Shown here: positions 25,091-33,109 of the stretch, piece by piece | Layout of the letters: each line of letters opens with the position of its first letter | How positions within the stretch are numbered: position 1 is the stretch's first letter | IMG/VR virus record: IMGVR_UViG_2711768048_000005 | Location: 1 to 35,583 of that record | Direction: 5' to 3' (one strand) | Length of the DNA stretch: 35,583 bases | Source: a virus | Lineage: Duplodnaviria > Heunggongvirae > Uroviricota > Caudoviricetes | Notes under the pieces: model-generated | Databases searched by the model: none | Seen by the model: only the letters and a program-made list of their open reading frames with translations | Told to the model about the DNA's origin: nothing | Made by a program: the position numbers and the translations under genes

Positions 25091-26995
25091 TTAGAACGAT
25101 GTTACCCAGCTACGGCCTCTATTTGGGCGTCTGGCGATGTTTTTACGTTGTGGTCGTGTGATTGGCTTAGTTTCTTCGATTTGCTCGTTAGATTGCGATT
25201 TAGGAGCTTCTACGGATTCTTCTGGTTCACGGTTCAAACTATCTTTGATGGCTTCGAGTTTTTCCCATGACATTTTATTGAGTACATGACGAGAAGCAGC
25301 ATAGGAATAAGCCAGGCAGTCCAACGCTTCGTTTCGTGTTTGTCCAACTTTTACCCAACGTGTGGTATTACCCTGCCGTTTCAACTGTTCAGAAAGCAAT
25401 TGCTCGCAATAGTCATCAGGAACGTCACCAATCTGGAAGACAGTGTGAGGATCGCCATCTCTCAAGTTCCGGTTAATCATTTCACGGATCATCGTTTTAA
25501 GGTTGTTTACGCCCAGAATTTTAAGGGTAAAACCACCCGTTCTTGTGTCTTTTACCGGAAGGATTGGTGCATCAACATTGCTTGCGCCTTTAATGGCGGT
25601 TAGATTTTGCCACCGACTACAGAATCGATAGATCACGTTTGTAGCTCGTCCGTTCGATGAGTCCACGAAAGCAGATAACATCGGGATTCGTTCACCGGAT
25701 CGGGTATAGAATTTAGCTTTCAGGAAGTTGTAAAGCTGGTTATATGCTGGTGATTCGTGGCGTTCGCAGTTCACATCATAGAATGATCGGTGATCAACTA
25801 CGCATAGCCCTTTACGAGAAATACCCAGCAAGGTAGATTCCAGACGGTCTTTTTGCTGGTCAACTCCACCTACCAGAGCCAGTACATCATCAGGAATATT
25901 GTCTAGGCTAATATCAGTTTTCAGCGTTTCCAGTTCGTCGGCTGTGCGATCTTCGTTAAGATCATCGAAGGTTTCACCGAGCACCACATTATAGAACGTT
26001 GCCAGCGACATATTCGCGTAGCTATCAGCAAAGTCCACCACACACGCACGGATAGAACTAAACGGAGACATAAGGCGGTTAGCATGAAAACCGATTACTT
26101 CCGCATTTGGTTCGGTGGCGACCCATTCCCCCTGAGCAACAGCACGGAGGCGATCTGGTTCTGACCAATCAGTTTCACATGACGGGCAACGGTAAACGGC
26201 TGTGTCTGGATTCGGCAGTGATTTACCATTGATTACATGCCAATCAAAGAATACTCTACTCCATTCCATTACGTGTTTGTGTCCGCAATGCTGGCAAACG
26301 ACGTGGTATTTTCTTTTATCCGAGAGTTCCCATTGTTGGTTTATCGCCCCATCCCGCGAAGTTGGAGTAGAAGCAATTACGATCCTTGCATCATCACCGA
26401 AAGTGGTTGCGCGTTGTTCCGCTAGCTGGATCGGGTTCCCTTCGTCTGACTCATCAGCCGCATCAACTTCATCCAGAATAATCAAAGGCAGTGTCTTACC
26501 GCGCAAGTGTGATGGACTGTTCAGCGACATGAAATACATGAATGATCCGTTACGAAGCTGAATAATCGATGAGTTGTTAACGGCATTGCGATCTGATTTG
26601 TCGGTGATCATCGCCTTTAATTCTGGGGTTGCCTCTAATACTGGCTTCACCTTACCCGCAATCCATGAGTTCAATTCTCGAACGTTCGCTTGCAAAACAC
26701 CGATATTAGTAGGGTTACTGGCGATCCTGTGAAAGATAATACCGTTTAGCACAAGAGTTTTACCCAACTGCGCCGAGCACTTTAGCACAATTTTTCGCCT
26801 ATCTTCGGTGATCGCGTCCATCATTCCACGTTGGAAGGGATGCAACTTAATTAGAGATCCGGCTTTAACACCATCGGTTGCAACTACATTAGCCTCTACC
26901 CATTCGCTAGGTTTCATCGTTTTAGGTGGGCGAATTGCCGCAGAGATATTTTTAAGAATCTTTTTTAATTTGGCCTTATTAGAAATCAGTTTCAT
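25091..26995 (-). CDS. terminase large subunit (GpA-like)
   Basis: 634 aa. N-terminal ATPase with Walker-A-like LKCSAQLGKT; Cys cluster CQHCGHKH...YRCPSCETD as in GpA-type terminases; C-terminal nuclease-sized region. RBS GAGGGT upstream. Confidence 0.85.
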   Translation of the reverse strand: MKLISNKAKLKKILKNISAAIRPPKTMKPSEWVEANVVATDGVKAGSLIKLHPFQRGMMDAITEDRRKIVLKCSAQLGKTLVLNGIIFHRIASNPTNIGVLQANVRELNSWIAGKVKPVLEATPELKAMITDKSDRNAVNNSSIIQLRNGSFMYFMSLNSPSHLRGKTLPLIILDEVDAADESDEGNPIQLAEQRATTFGDDARIVIASTPTSRDGAINQQWELSDKRKYHVVCQHCGHKHVMEWSRVFFDWHVINGKSLPNPDTAVYRCPSCETDWSEPDRLRAVAQGEWVATEPNAEVIGFHANRLMSPFSSIRACVVDFADSYANMSLATFYNVVLGETFDDLNEDRTADELETLKTDISLDNIPDDVLALVGGVDQQKDRLESTLLGISRKGLCVVDHRSFYDVNCERHESPAYNQLYNFLKAKFYTRSGERIPMLSAFVDSSNGRATNVIYRFCSRWQNLTAIKGASNVDAPILPVKDTRTGGFTLKILGVNNLKTMIREMINRNLRDGDPHTVFQIGDVPDDYCEQLLSEQLKRQGNTTRWVKVGQTRNEALDCLAYSYAASRHVLNKMSWEKLEAIKDSLNREPEESVEAPKSQSNEQIEETKPITRPQRKNIARRPNRGRSWVTSF

Positions 26996-27038
26996 GTAAT
27001 TACCCTCATTACGAAATATGAAGGTATTTATTAAATTG

Positions 27039-27066
27039 TTGATATTTTGATAAATACGGATATTAA
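27039..27066 (+). promoter_or_regulatory. candidate sigma70 promoter (TTGATA-16-TATTAA) for the repeat-containing gene
   Basis: Hexamer match only; it would place the transcript start very close to the SD, so weak. Confidence 0.25.
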
Positions 27067-27082
27067 GATTTAAGGGGGGTGT

Positions 27083-27196
27083 ATGCTAATTAATCAGCAA
27101 GAAAGAGATGAATTAGAATTAGCCTTGTCTTGTCTTGTCTTGTCTTGTCTTGTCTTGTCTTGTCTTGTACCGATCATGAATATCGTTTGCCAGTAA
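27083..27196 (+). CDS. leader ORF: ATG with strong SD reading through (CTTGT)9 and stopping out of frame (current OFF state)
   Basis: SD AAGGGGGG then ATG 27083. The frame passes through the repeat and ends at TAA 27194-27196 (37 aa). It is in a different frame from the 196-codon ORF. Confidence 0.35.
   Translation: MLINQQERDELELALSCLVLSCLVLSCLVPIMNIVCQ
27124..27168. repeat. perfect pentanucleotide tandem repeat (CTTGT)9
   Basis: 45 nt of nine uninterrupted CTTGT units read directly from the sequence. Confidence 0.95.
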
Positions 27197-27720
27197 AACA
27201 TAAGCACTTAAAGACTGATTACACAACATCTGGCTTTAGTCGTGAGGAAGCGAAAGAGATTTTAATAGAGTTTTACCGCGATAATGGTTATACAGACGTT
27301 CACAACTTCTTTAAGAAGCATAGAACATCACATACAGAGTTTCGGAGAGTCCGAGAATGGTTTGATTTTGATATCAAGCGTTATTATCGAGTGGATGACG
27401 GTCCAATCTATCGGTTGCAGTGGAAGCCGATCAGGGAAGTGCTTAAACAGAAGAGATTGAATCATGCCATTACACGCTATCGTAACGTGGCTTTCAAGAA
27501 AGGCTATGGTGATACAAGGGAATTGTTTGTAGAACTCGCTAACGTGCGATATAGCCACTATTACAGGAATCCTAAAGAGTTCTTCGAAGTGCTGCGCAAG
27601 GTTGATATTAGTCGGGGTACATATTATTCACGGTTGAAGAAGTACGGGATTAAGGCAGAGTTCTTTATGTCGGTTGACGATGGAGAACTTTTTCCGATAA
27701 AATGTAAGTCCTCTAAATAA
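27130..27720 (+). CDS. 196-codon open frame with no in-frame ATG (candidate phase-variable gene; basic, Tyr/Arg-rich product)
   Basis: Track ORF begins at a TTG inside the repeat. Its C-terminus shares a motif with the two small paralogues (27756-27980, 31052-31231). Confidence 0.45.
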   Translation: MSCLVLSCLVLSCTDHEYRLPVKHKHLKTDYTTSGFSREEAKEILIEFYRDNGYTDVHNFFKKHRTSHTEFRRVREWFDFDIKRYYRVDDGPIYRLQWKPIREVLKQKRLNHAITRYRNVAFKKGYGDTRELFVELANVRYSHYYRNPKEFFEVLRKVDISRGTYYSRLKKYGIKAEFFMSVDDGELFPIKCKSSK

Positions 27721-27722
27721 AG

Positions 27723-27980
27723 GTGAACATTCACTTTAATTTGGAGAAAATGACTATGACTACTAAAGCTACTCGCGGTCGCCCTGTCCGTTTTAATCGT
27801 GAACAACTGGCAGCGATTGTAAAAGCGTACTATCAAGCGCCGAAAGGTAAAGCCGAAAAAGAACAAGTATTGAGTGAACACGGTATTTCAATTGCTCAAT
27901 TCTACAAATCACTCCATAAAGTTGATTTGAAATTCTTTGTTCAGGTTGACGGTGAAATGGTAGAAGCAACAGGAATTTGA
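27723..27980 (+). CDS. small putative DNA-binding protein, paralogue A (likely start ATG 27756, 74 aa)
   Basis: RGRPVRFNREQLAAIVKAYY...GISIAQFYKSLHKVDLKFFVQVDGE aligns with the product of 31052-31231. Terminator follows. Confidence 0.5.
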   Translation: MNIHFNLEKMTMTTKATRGRPVRFNREQLAAIVKAYYQAPKGKAEKEQVLSEHGISIAQFYKSLHKVDLKFFVQVDGEMVEATGI

Positions 27981-27986
27981 TTCTCT

Positions 27987-28017
27987 AGGCCAATCCTTCG
28001 GGGTTGGCCTTTTTTTA
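27987..28017 (+). terminator. rho-independent terminator
   Basis: aggccaatcc-ttcg-gggttggcct followed by ttttttt. Confidence 0.65.
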
Positions 28018-28084
28018 TGCACATGCGCTTAAAGTTCAGCGCATCTATATTCTTCCGACAAATCCAAATCTGGATGCACCAAAT

Positions 28085-28109
28085 ACAAAAAGCCCCTGAA
28101 ATTCAGGGG
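28085..28109 (-). terminator. rho-independent terminator for the Rha-like gene
   Basis: gcccctgaa-a-ttcaggggc hairpin with a T-tract on the minus strand. Confidence 0.6.
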
Positions 28110-28117
28110 CAAAATTA

Positions 28118-28960
28118 TTACAGTCCGAAGACTTCCAGTGATCCAGCATTCTGACGAATCAGCAAAGCGGTATTATTGACGATTGCTCGCGAGTTATTCG
28201 GTTGTGGCAATTTCAAAGTTGCGGCTTTTTCTTCTTCAAGCAATCCGAGTTTTACAAGATGCGGGATAGCATCAGCAGTGAACTCAATCTGACCGTGTGC
28301 CGACATACGAGCGAACATATAGCCAGGAGGAAGCAGATCATAGCCTTTAGGCTTACCAGAAGCATCCAGACGACGCTCAAGAACACCAGCAGCACATAAA
28401 CCTTTCAGAATCATTTGTACCTTCGTAGAGCCTCGTTTTTCGCCTAATAAGCGGCTAAGACTGTGTGTGTCGATAGCTTTACGAACATGCAATTCAACCA
28501 GTTGTTTCTTTTCTTGAATCAGTTGTTCGTTTGCGGCTTCCAATTCCATTGCCTCACGAATCCAGTCGAGCTTAGTCATGTTTGCGTAAGGGTTGATTTG
28601 CTGAGAACGCAGTTTTTCATTTTCTTCTTTCAGTCGCTTCCATTCCTGAATAACAACCATTCGACGCTTAACATCGTAACCAGTGACAAGAGTCAGCGTC
28701 ATTTCTTCGTCTAAGTGATATACTGGTTCTTTAACAGCATATCCTAAGTTATTGATTCTCTCGACAAATTCAGTTTTGAGCTGATCGATAATACCTAAAG
28801 ATTCGTACATTTCGCGAATATCGCGCATTATATTGCTGTGCTTCTTATCGGTAAATTCAGCGATCTGACGAGAAGACATGGTCAGCGGTTTGGTGTTATC
28901 AACAACCAGAGACACAGAAGCAGTTTTAACAGCAGTATTCATAGTAGTAACAGTATTCAT
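28118..28960 (-). CDS. phage regulatory protein Rha-family (antirepressor-like)
   Basis: N-terminal segment LTMSSRQIAEFTDKKHSNIMRDIREM matches the conserved Rha-family N-terminal motif as I recall it. Confidence 0.65.
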   Translation of the reverse strand: MNTVTTMNTAVKTASVSLVVDNTKPLTMSSRQIAEFTDKKHSNIMRDIREMYESLGIIDQLKTEFVERINNLGYAVKEPVYHLDEEMTLTLVTGYDVKRRMVVIQEWKRLKEENEKLRSQQINPYANMTKLDWIREAMELEAANEQLIQEKKQLVELHVRKAIDTHSLSRLLGEKRGSTKVQMILKGLCAAGVLERRLDASGKPKGYDLLPPGYMFARMSAHGQIEFTADAIPHLVKLGLLEEEKAATLKLPQPNNSRAIVNNTALLIRQNAGSLEVFGL

Positions 28961-29050
28961 AGTAAAATCCCCCTTAAACGGTTTTGCGATTTAATCCTCC
29001 CTGTTCCGGCAGCATCACCGGAACAATTTTATTTATAAGAAGTTTTTATC

Positions 29051-29197
29051 TCATTTAGATTCAGCAATCGCGCGATCAATTTCTTCTTGAATGCGACGCT
29101 GGCGTTCATGGAAGTCAACCATTGAGAAATTCAGGTTTGGGGTCCACGGTTTGCGGTTCGGGTTTTTACGTCCATCAATTTTCTTAGTAGTGTTCAT
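29051..29197 (-). CDS. small basic protein (48 aa), speculative
   Basis: ATG with AGAGGG 9 nt upstream; product MNTTKKIDGRKNPNRKPW...; sits between a predicted promoter and the Rha-like gene. Below the track cutoff. Confidence 0.25.
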   Translation of the reverse strand: MNTTKKIDGRKNPNRKPWTPNLNFSMVDFHERQRRIQEEIDRAIAESK

Positions 29198-29255
29198 AAT
29201 TAACACCCTCTTTACAAATCTAGGTCAAGTAGGTTCAAAGTTGTCAAGTGCGATA

Positions 29256-29283
29256 ATCATAAAAAAGTCATAAAATTTGTCAA
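29256..29283 (-). promoter_or_regulatory. sigma70-like promoter on the minus strand (TTGACA-16-TATGAT) with flanking palindromic operator-like sites
   Basis: -35 TTGACA is the reverse complement of 29278-29283 and -10 TATGAT of 29256-29261. Flanked by TTGTCAA-N6-TTGACAA (29277-29296) and TAGGTCAAGT (29221-29230). Confidence 0.5.
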
Positions 29284-29318
29284 TACTCCTTGACAAGACG
29301 CCAAAGGGTTGACCTAAC

Positions 29319-29786
29319 TTACAGCATATCTAAGCCTTCGTCGTAACCGTAGAAGCCATTCTGAGAAGAGAAACAGATTGGTGCGTAGTCGTCGTCATCT
29401 TCGTCTTGTTCATCTTCTTCTGGGGCTTCCTGAGCGGTTTCTTTGCCGTAGTTAAACATTGCTTCATCCAGTTCATAGACAGTAACGAAGCTACCCAGAT
29501 CAATGTCACCGGAACGAACTTGAAACGGCAGATCATCACGAACAATAATTGCTGGTAGATTCTGGTACTTTAAGCGTTCTTCATCGGTGAAGACGTTAAC
29601 AACAATGGTCGGCTTCTTATTACGGCAAAACGCATACCATGCACTAGAGAAATGAGATTCATCAGAGTTGAAAAGAATGTTGTAACCACGTTCACGGAAC
29701 ATCTTCATTAACTTGTCATTGTGGAAGCTATCAGCATCAAAACCTAACAGGATGAAAGGAGTAGTGGTAGTCATTTTATGGTTCAT
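29319..29786 (-). CDS. hypothetical protein with acidic C-terminal tail (155 aa)
   Basis: Track ORF with RBS AGAGGA; C-terminus EEDEQDEDDDDY. No motif recognised. Confidence 0.45.
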   Translation of the reverse strand: MNHKMTTTTPFILLGFDADSFHNDKLMKMFRERGYNILFNSDESHFSSAWYAFCRNKKPTIVVNVFTDEERLKYQNLPAIIVRDDLPFQVRSGDIDLGSFVTVYELDEAMFNYGKETAQEAPEEDEQDEDDDDYAPICFSSQNGFYGYDEGLDML

Positions 29787-30361
29787 AGTGGAAATCCTCT
29801 AAAAGAAAGTGAATCAATCTAATATTATTTATAAAGAGAAAATTCTTGTTATTATGAAAAGAGTGATTGTATTCAGTCGGGCAAAGCCCTCCTTCATGAT
29901 TTGATTAAATCATCATCAAAACGAAGAAGTATCTTTAGAATATAAGAATCTTTCTTTTGGAGAAATAATAATAATCAGGAAGCAATTTAGCAACCGAAGG
30001 TTGCAATCCCGAAGGGATACCAATACCTTTCTAGAAAGTGATTGTTACTCACTTCGTTCGTTTACTAGAATCAGTTAGTAACTAGTATTAAATCCCTTTC
30101 TAAGAAAATCCTTTCAAAAGCGAGTGAACGCCGTAGGCGTGAACGTGAGCGAAGCGAACTATCCAATCCCTTTCGAATCCTGCTTGCAGGTCTTAGAAGG
30201 TGTTGATGGGCGCTTCGCGCACGGCTACGCCGTATTCTTTTTGCGAGATCTTTCTTGAACGTAGTGAGAGAAAACGAGCAAAAAGGAGAACGTTAGTTCG
30301 AATTTTATATTCTATGGTCTGTGGGGTGAAATGTCTTTCAAGATCATACAATTATGAGATT

Positions 30362-30486
30362 GAAGTGTAGGGTTAGTGTAGGTGTGTAGGTTTCATAGTG
30401 TAGGTTTGAGGGTGTTATAGTGTAGGTTTACTGGCTAGTGTAGTGTAGGCCAATCCCTTTAAAGCGTAGGTTTGTAGTGTAGGTTT
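30362..30486. repeat. iteron-like array: about 8-9 copies of (TA)GTGTAGG(TTT) at irregular 8-23 nt spacing
   Basis: GTGTAGG (one copy GCGTAGG) read at about 30365, 30376, 30384, 30398, 30420, 30442, 30465 and 30475, with a partial GTGTAG at 30437. Lies inside a 1.25-kb stretch with no ORF of 60 aa or more in any frame. Confidence 0.7.
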
Positions 30487-30680
30487 TTCATCAAAAATTT
30501 TGATAGAAAATCCTTGTGTATTATTTAACCGGAAAATCACCAAAAATCGCTGTAAATGCATGATTTAAAAAGAATTATCAAAAGGTCGCCGTGCTATAAT
30601 AGGTTATAAAGGTTGATAATCGTTATCCGCCATTTTCACATAAAAATTTTGATAGTCATTTCTCGCTTAGGTCAAGTGTA

Positions 30681-30709
30681 TTGACAACTGTCAAGGATTA
30701 TTTTATACT
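30681..30709 (+). promoter_or_regulatory. near-consensus sigma70 promoter (TTGACA-17-TATACT) overlapping a palindrome TTGACA-AC-TGTCAA
   Basis: Hexamers and spacing read directly. The same TAGGTCAAGT 10-mer (30668-30677) occurs at 29221-29230. Confidence 0.6.
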
Positions 30710-30844
30710 TTTTCTCTTTGATAGGGGTTGAAATTTTCGAAACAATCCCCATATTGATGATAAGCAAGATTTTTTCGTGTATAAATACATGCATGAAATG
30801 ATTGTTCACTTCTGAAAATCCCCTGATTCACTGTTAACACATAC

Positions 30845-30872
30845 GGCACTGGTTAAACATACAGTGCCTTTT
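30845..30872 (+). terminator. intrinsic terminator/attenuator in the leader downstream of the 30681 promoter
   Basis: ggcactg-gttaaacata-cagtgcc followed by tttt. Confidence 0.45.
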
Positions 30873-31036
30873 CGATTGAATAATGTACGAATTGATTAAT
30901 TATTAATCTTCTCTTTAGCAATTCGTGCTCCCACTGATCAGATATACAGTGGTTTTACAGGGTTTTCTGAAATGACTTTTATAAATAGAAGTATCGAGGG
31001 CGAAAAGCTCTTTTTATTGTCCTTATTAATCCACAT

Positions 31037-31231
31037 TTGAGGAATCTACTTATGGCTAGACCTGTTAAGTTTACTCGTGAAATGATTGTTGATATTGCTA
31101 AACGCTTTTATGGCGATACTGAACGAGGCGGCGAGAATTTCTTTAAGAAGGAAGGAATTGATAGAAGCGGATTCTATAAGCTAATGAAGAAATACGAAAT
31201 TCAGATAAAGATTAACGTTCAAGTTTGTTAA
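31037..31231 (+). CDS. small putative DNA-binding protein, paralogue B (likely start ATG 31052, 59 aa)
   Basis: MARPVKFTREMIVDIAKRFYG...GIDRSGFYKLMKKYEIQIKINVQV aligns with the product of 27756-27980. RBS GAGGA 8 nt upstream. Confidence 0.5.
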   Translation: MRNLLMARPVKFTREMIVDIAKRFYGDTERGGENFFKKEGIDRSGFYKLMKKYEIQIKINVQVC

Positions 31232-31347
31232 TCCACTTTCACTGAGAATTATATGATGGCTTTAAAAATAAAAAGCCTCCCTTGTTGCAGCAAAGGAGGC
31301 TTGAAATGAACAATTAAAACTAACACAGCATTCAGGAGTATTTATAA

Positions 31348-32349
31348 ATGAAAAATTCTAAGCGCATCACCTTCAACCTGTTTATTAAATCCAACGGCAA
31401 ACTGAACATTACCGTCATGGAAGGTAAAGCAAGCAAACAAGACAAATCCTTTGAAGTAGTATCCGGTAAGACTCTGACCGAAATGCGTCAGAATGCTGGC
31501 ATCAAAGACGGTGCTGAATGGCAGATCACTAACCGTTTCGACAAACGTCACGTTAAACCTACACTGGTAGAAGGTGAATCCGTTTATTGCTTCGCTCGTG
31601 CTGTTAAAGCCGATGAAACTTACTATCTCGCTGTTGTTAAAACTGCTTCCGGCTTCCGTGCTGTAATGCATCACAAGAGCAAGCGTAACGAATACGGCGT
31701 AGAGACCCAGGAAGTCGCAAAACGCTTCCGTACTGTTGCTACTGAATCCACTGTAAAGGATGTTTCTGGTACTGTTAACACCGCTAAAGGCGGTTCCTTC
31801 TACAACCACGCATTACAGGTTACTTCCTCCTTCTTCTGCAAAAAAGAAGCACAGAAAGAAGTTGCTCCGGTAGTAGTTGAAGAAGTTAAAGAAGAAGTTG
31901 CAGTGGTTGAATCTTCCGAAGTTGAAGCACTGAAAGCACGCATTGCTGAACTGGAAGCTGAAAACGCATCTCTGAAAGCTGAACTGGCAGCGCAGGAAAC
32001 CACTTTCGAAGTAGCAGCGGTTGAAGTTGAAGCAGTTGAAGAAAAATCCATTGATGAAGAACTGGAAGAACTCCTTAACTATCGCTGGGGTAACGGTGAA
32101 AAAGTAGAACAGGAAGAACAGAAAGAAGCTGATCCGGTAGTAGTTCCGGTTGAAGAAAAATCCGCACCTGTTACTAACTTTGAATCCCTGCGCAATAACT
32201 TTATGGCTAAATTCAAAACCACTTGGGAAGATACCGAAGAAGAACAAGAAGAGATTGAAGTAAACGAAGACGAGATCCGCGAAGCACAGATGGCACTGCA
32301 TGACGCTATCTACGACACCAACTACAGCGCCTACGCATACGCAGCTTAA
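31348..32349 (+). CDS. hypothetical protein, basic N-terminal domain plus long acidic coiled-coil C-terminal half; strong codon bias
   Basis: 333 aa with RBS AGGAG. Codon choice (cgt, ggt, ctg, tcc, acc, gaa, aaa) looks like highly expressed E. coli genes, unlike its neighbours. C-terminal half is E-rich. Confidence 0.6.
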   Translation: MKNSKRITFNLFIKSNGKLNITVMEGKASKQDKSFEVVSGKTLTEMRQNAGIKDGAEWQITNRFDKRHVKPTLVEGESVYCFARAVKADETYYLAVVKTASGFRAVMHHKSKRNEYGVETQEVAKRFRTVATESTVKDVSGTVNTAKGGSFYNHALQVTSSFFCKKEAQKEVAPVVVEEVKEEVAVVESSEVEALKARIAELEAENASLKAELAAQETTFEVAAVEVEAVEEKSIDEELEELLNYRWGNGEKVEQEEQKEADPVVVPVEEKSAPVTNFESLRNNFMAKFKTTWEDTEEEQEEIEVNEDEIREAQMALHDAIYDTNYSAYAYAA

Positions 32350-32364
32350 TAGAGGGGTGAATCT

Positions 32365-32607
32365 ATGATGAATCAAAACAAAGAATTTCTGGGTAATCTG
32401 ATGTTAGAAATTACCAGAATGAAAGAAAGAATGGTAGCGATGGAATCAGAGATTAAAACTCTTAAAGCTGATAATAAGGCGTTGAGAAAGTCCTTAAAGC
32501 TGATTGATGAGACTAATGCGGTTATGATGGATCATGTATTCCCTGAGTGGCGAAATGAAACTAAACCTACACAACATAAGAAACTTACACTTCGAATTGT
32601 TGCATAA
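32365..32607 (+). CDS. small coiled-coil protein (80 aa)
   Basis: Track ORF 12 nt downstream of the previous stop, with a GAGGGG RBS. Confidence 0.45.
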   Translation: MMNQNKEFLGNLMLEITRMKERMVAMESEIKTLKADNKALRKSLKLIDETNAVMMDHVFPEWRNETKPTQHKKLTLRIVA

Positions 32608-32632
32608 AAAAAAGGGACTCCGAAGAGTCCCT
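32606..32632 (-). terminator. terminator (A8 / agggactc-cgaa-gagtccct)
   Basis: Hairpin with a T8 tract on the minus strand. Ends minus-strand transcription coming from the terminase small subunit side. Confidence 0.55.
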
Positions 32633-32709
32633 AGTAAGTTTAGGTTAGGTTTGCACAACAAAGATGAGGTTATAATGAACATAATGCTACATTATTCTTT
32701 AAAGCCAGA

Positions 32710-32733
32710 AAAATAACCGCCCCGAAGGGGCGG
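32710..32733 (-). terminator. GC-rich hairpin terminator (ccgcccc-gaa-ggggcgg)
   Basis: Stable stem with a T-rich tract on the minus strand. Confidence 0.5.
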
Positions 32734-32882
32734 GAGGATTAATACTCAATCTATACTTGTTATGTTTTTGTGTTGTATGGATCACTGACTATGAAAACAC
32801 TGTTTTTATGGCTTTTAATCGGGAACTCTCTTTCGAAAATTCCCTGTTAAAACCACATAAGGAGAAAAGGCAGATTACAATA

Positions 32883-33056
32883 TTATTTAGTGTCTGATTT
32901 ACAGCAACTAAAAAGAATAAACAGGATTAAACATACCCAGCCGTAAGGCGTACCGATTAGAAATTTGAAAAACACCACCAGCGATATAAAAATCAATTTA
33001 ATGCCAGCGACGATAGTCAAAAACAGCAGAGTAGCAAAGTAGACAAAAAGATCCAT
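32883..33056 (-). CDS. small two-helix membrane protein (57 aa), speculative
   Basis: ATG with GAGGAT upstream; product MDLFVYFATLLFLTIVAGIKLIFISLVVFFKFLIGTPYGWVCLILFILFSCCKSDTK is highly hydrophobic. Below the track cutoff. Confidence 0.3.
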   Translation of the reverse strand: MDLFVYFATLLFLTIVAGIKLIFISLVVFFKFLIGTPYGWVCLILFILFSCCKSDTK

Positions 33057-33109
33057 AGATAATCCTCTTTGAAAACGACCATCATCTATAGTTCAATTCA
33101 TCGATTTAA

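Noticed and set aside
27124-27168. Possible CRISPR array at the (CTTGT)9 tract, or at the GTGTAGG repeats at 30362-30486
   Set aside because: The units are only 5-7 nt with no roughly 30-nt repeat and spacer periodicity, and no cas genes are nearby. They fit a simple sequence repeat and an iteron array respectively.
29800-31036. Retron, diversity-generating retroelement or ToxIN-type RNA antitoxin in the ORF-free region
   Set aside because: No reverse transcriptase or endoribonuclease toxin gene is nearby, and the repeats are irregularly spaced rather than a regular tandem array. A structured ncRNA or origin remains possible and is reported as a finding.
31342-32376. Minus-strand track ORFs (155, 187 and 83 aa) overlapping 31348-32349
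   Set aside because: The plus-strand gene has a strong RBS and marked codon bias. The antisense ORFs are Phe/Cys-rich low-complexity artefacts of the GAA/GTT-rich sense strand.
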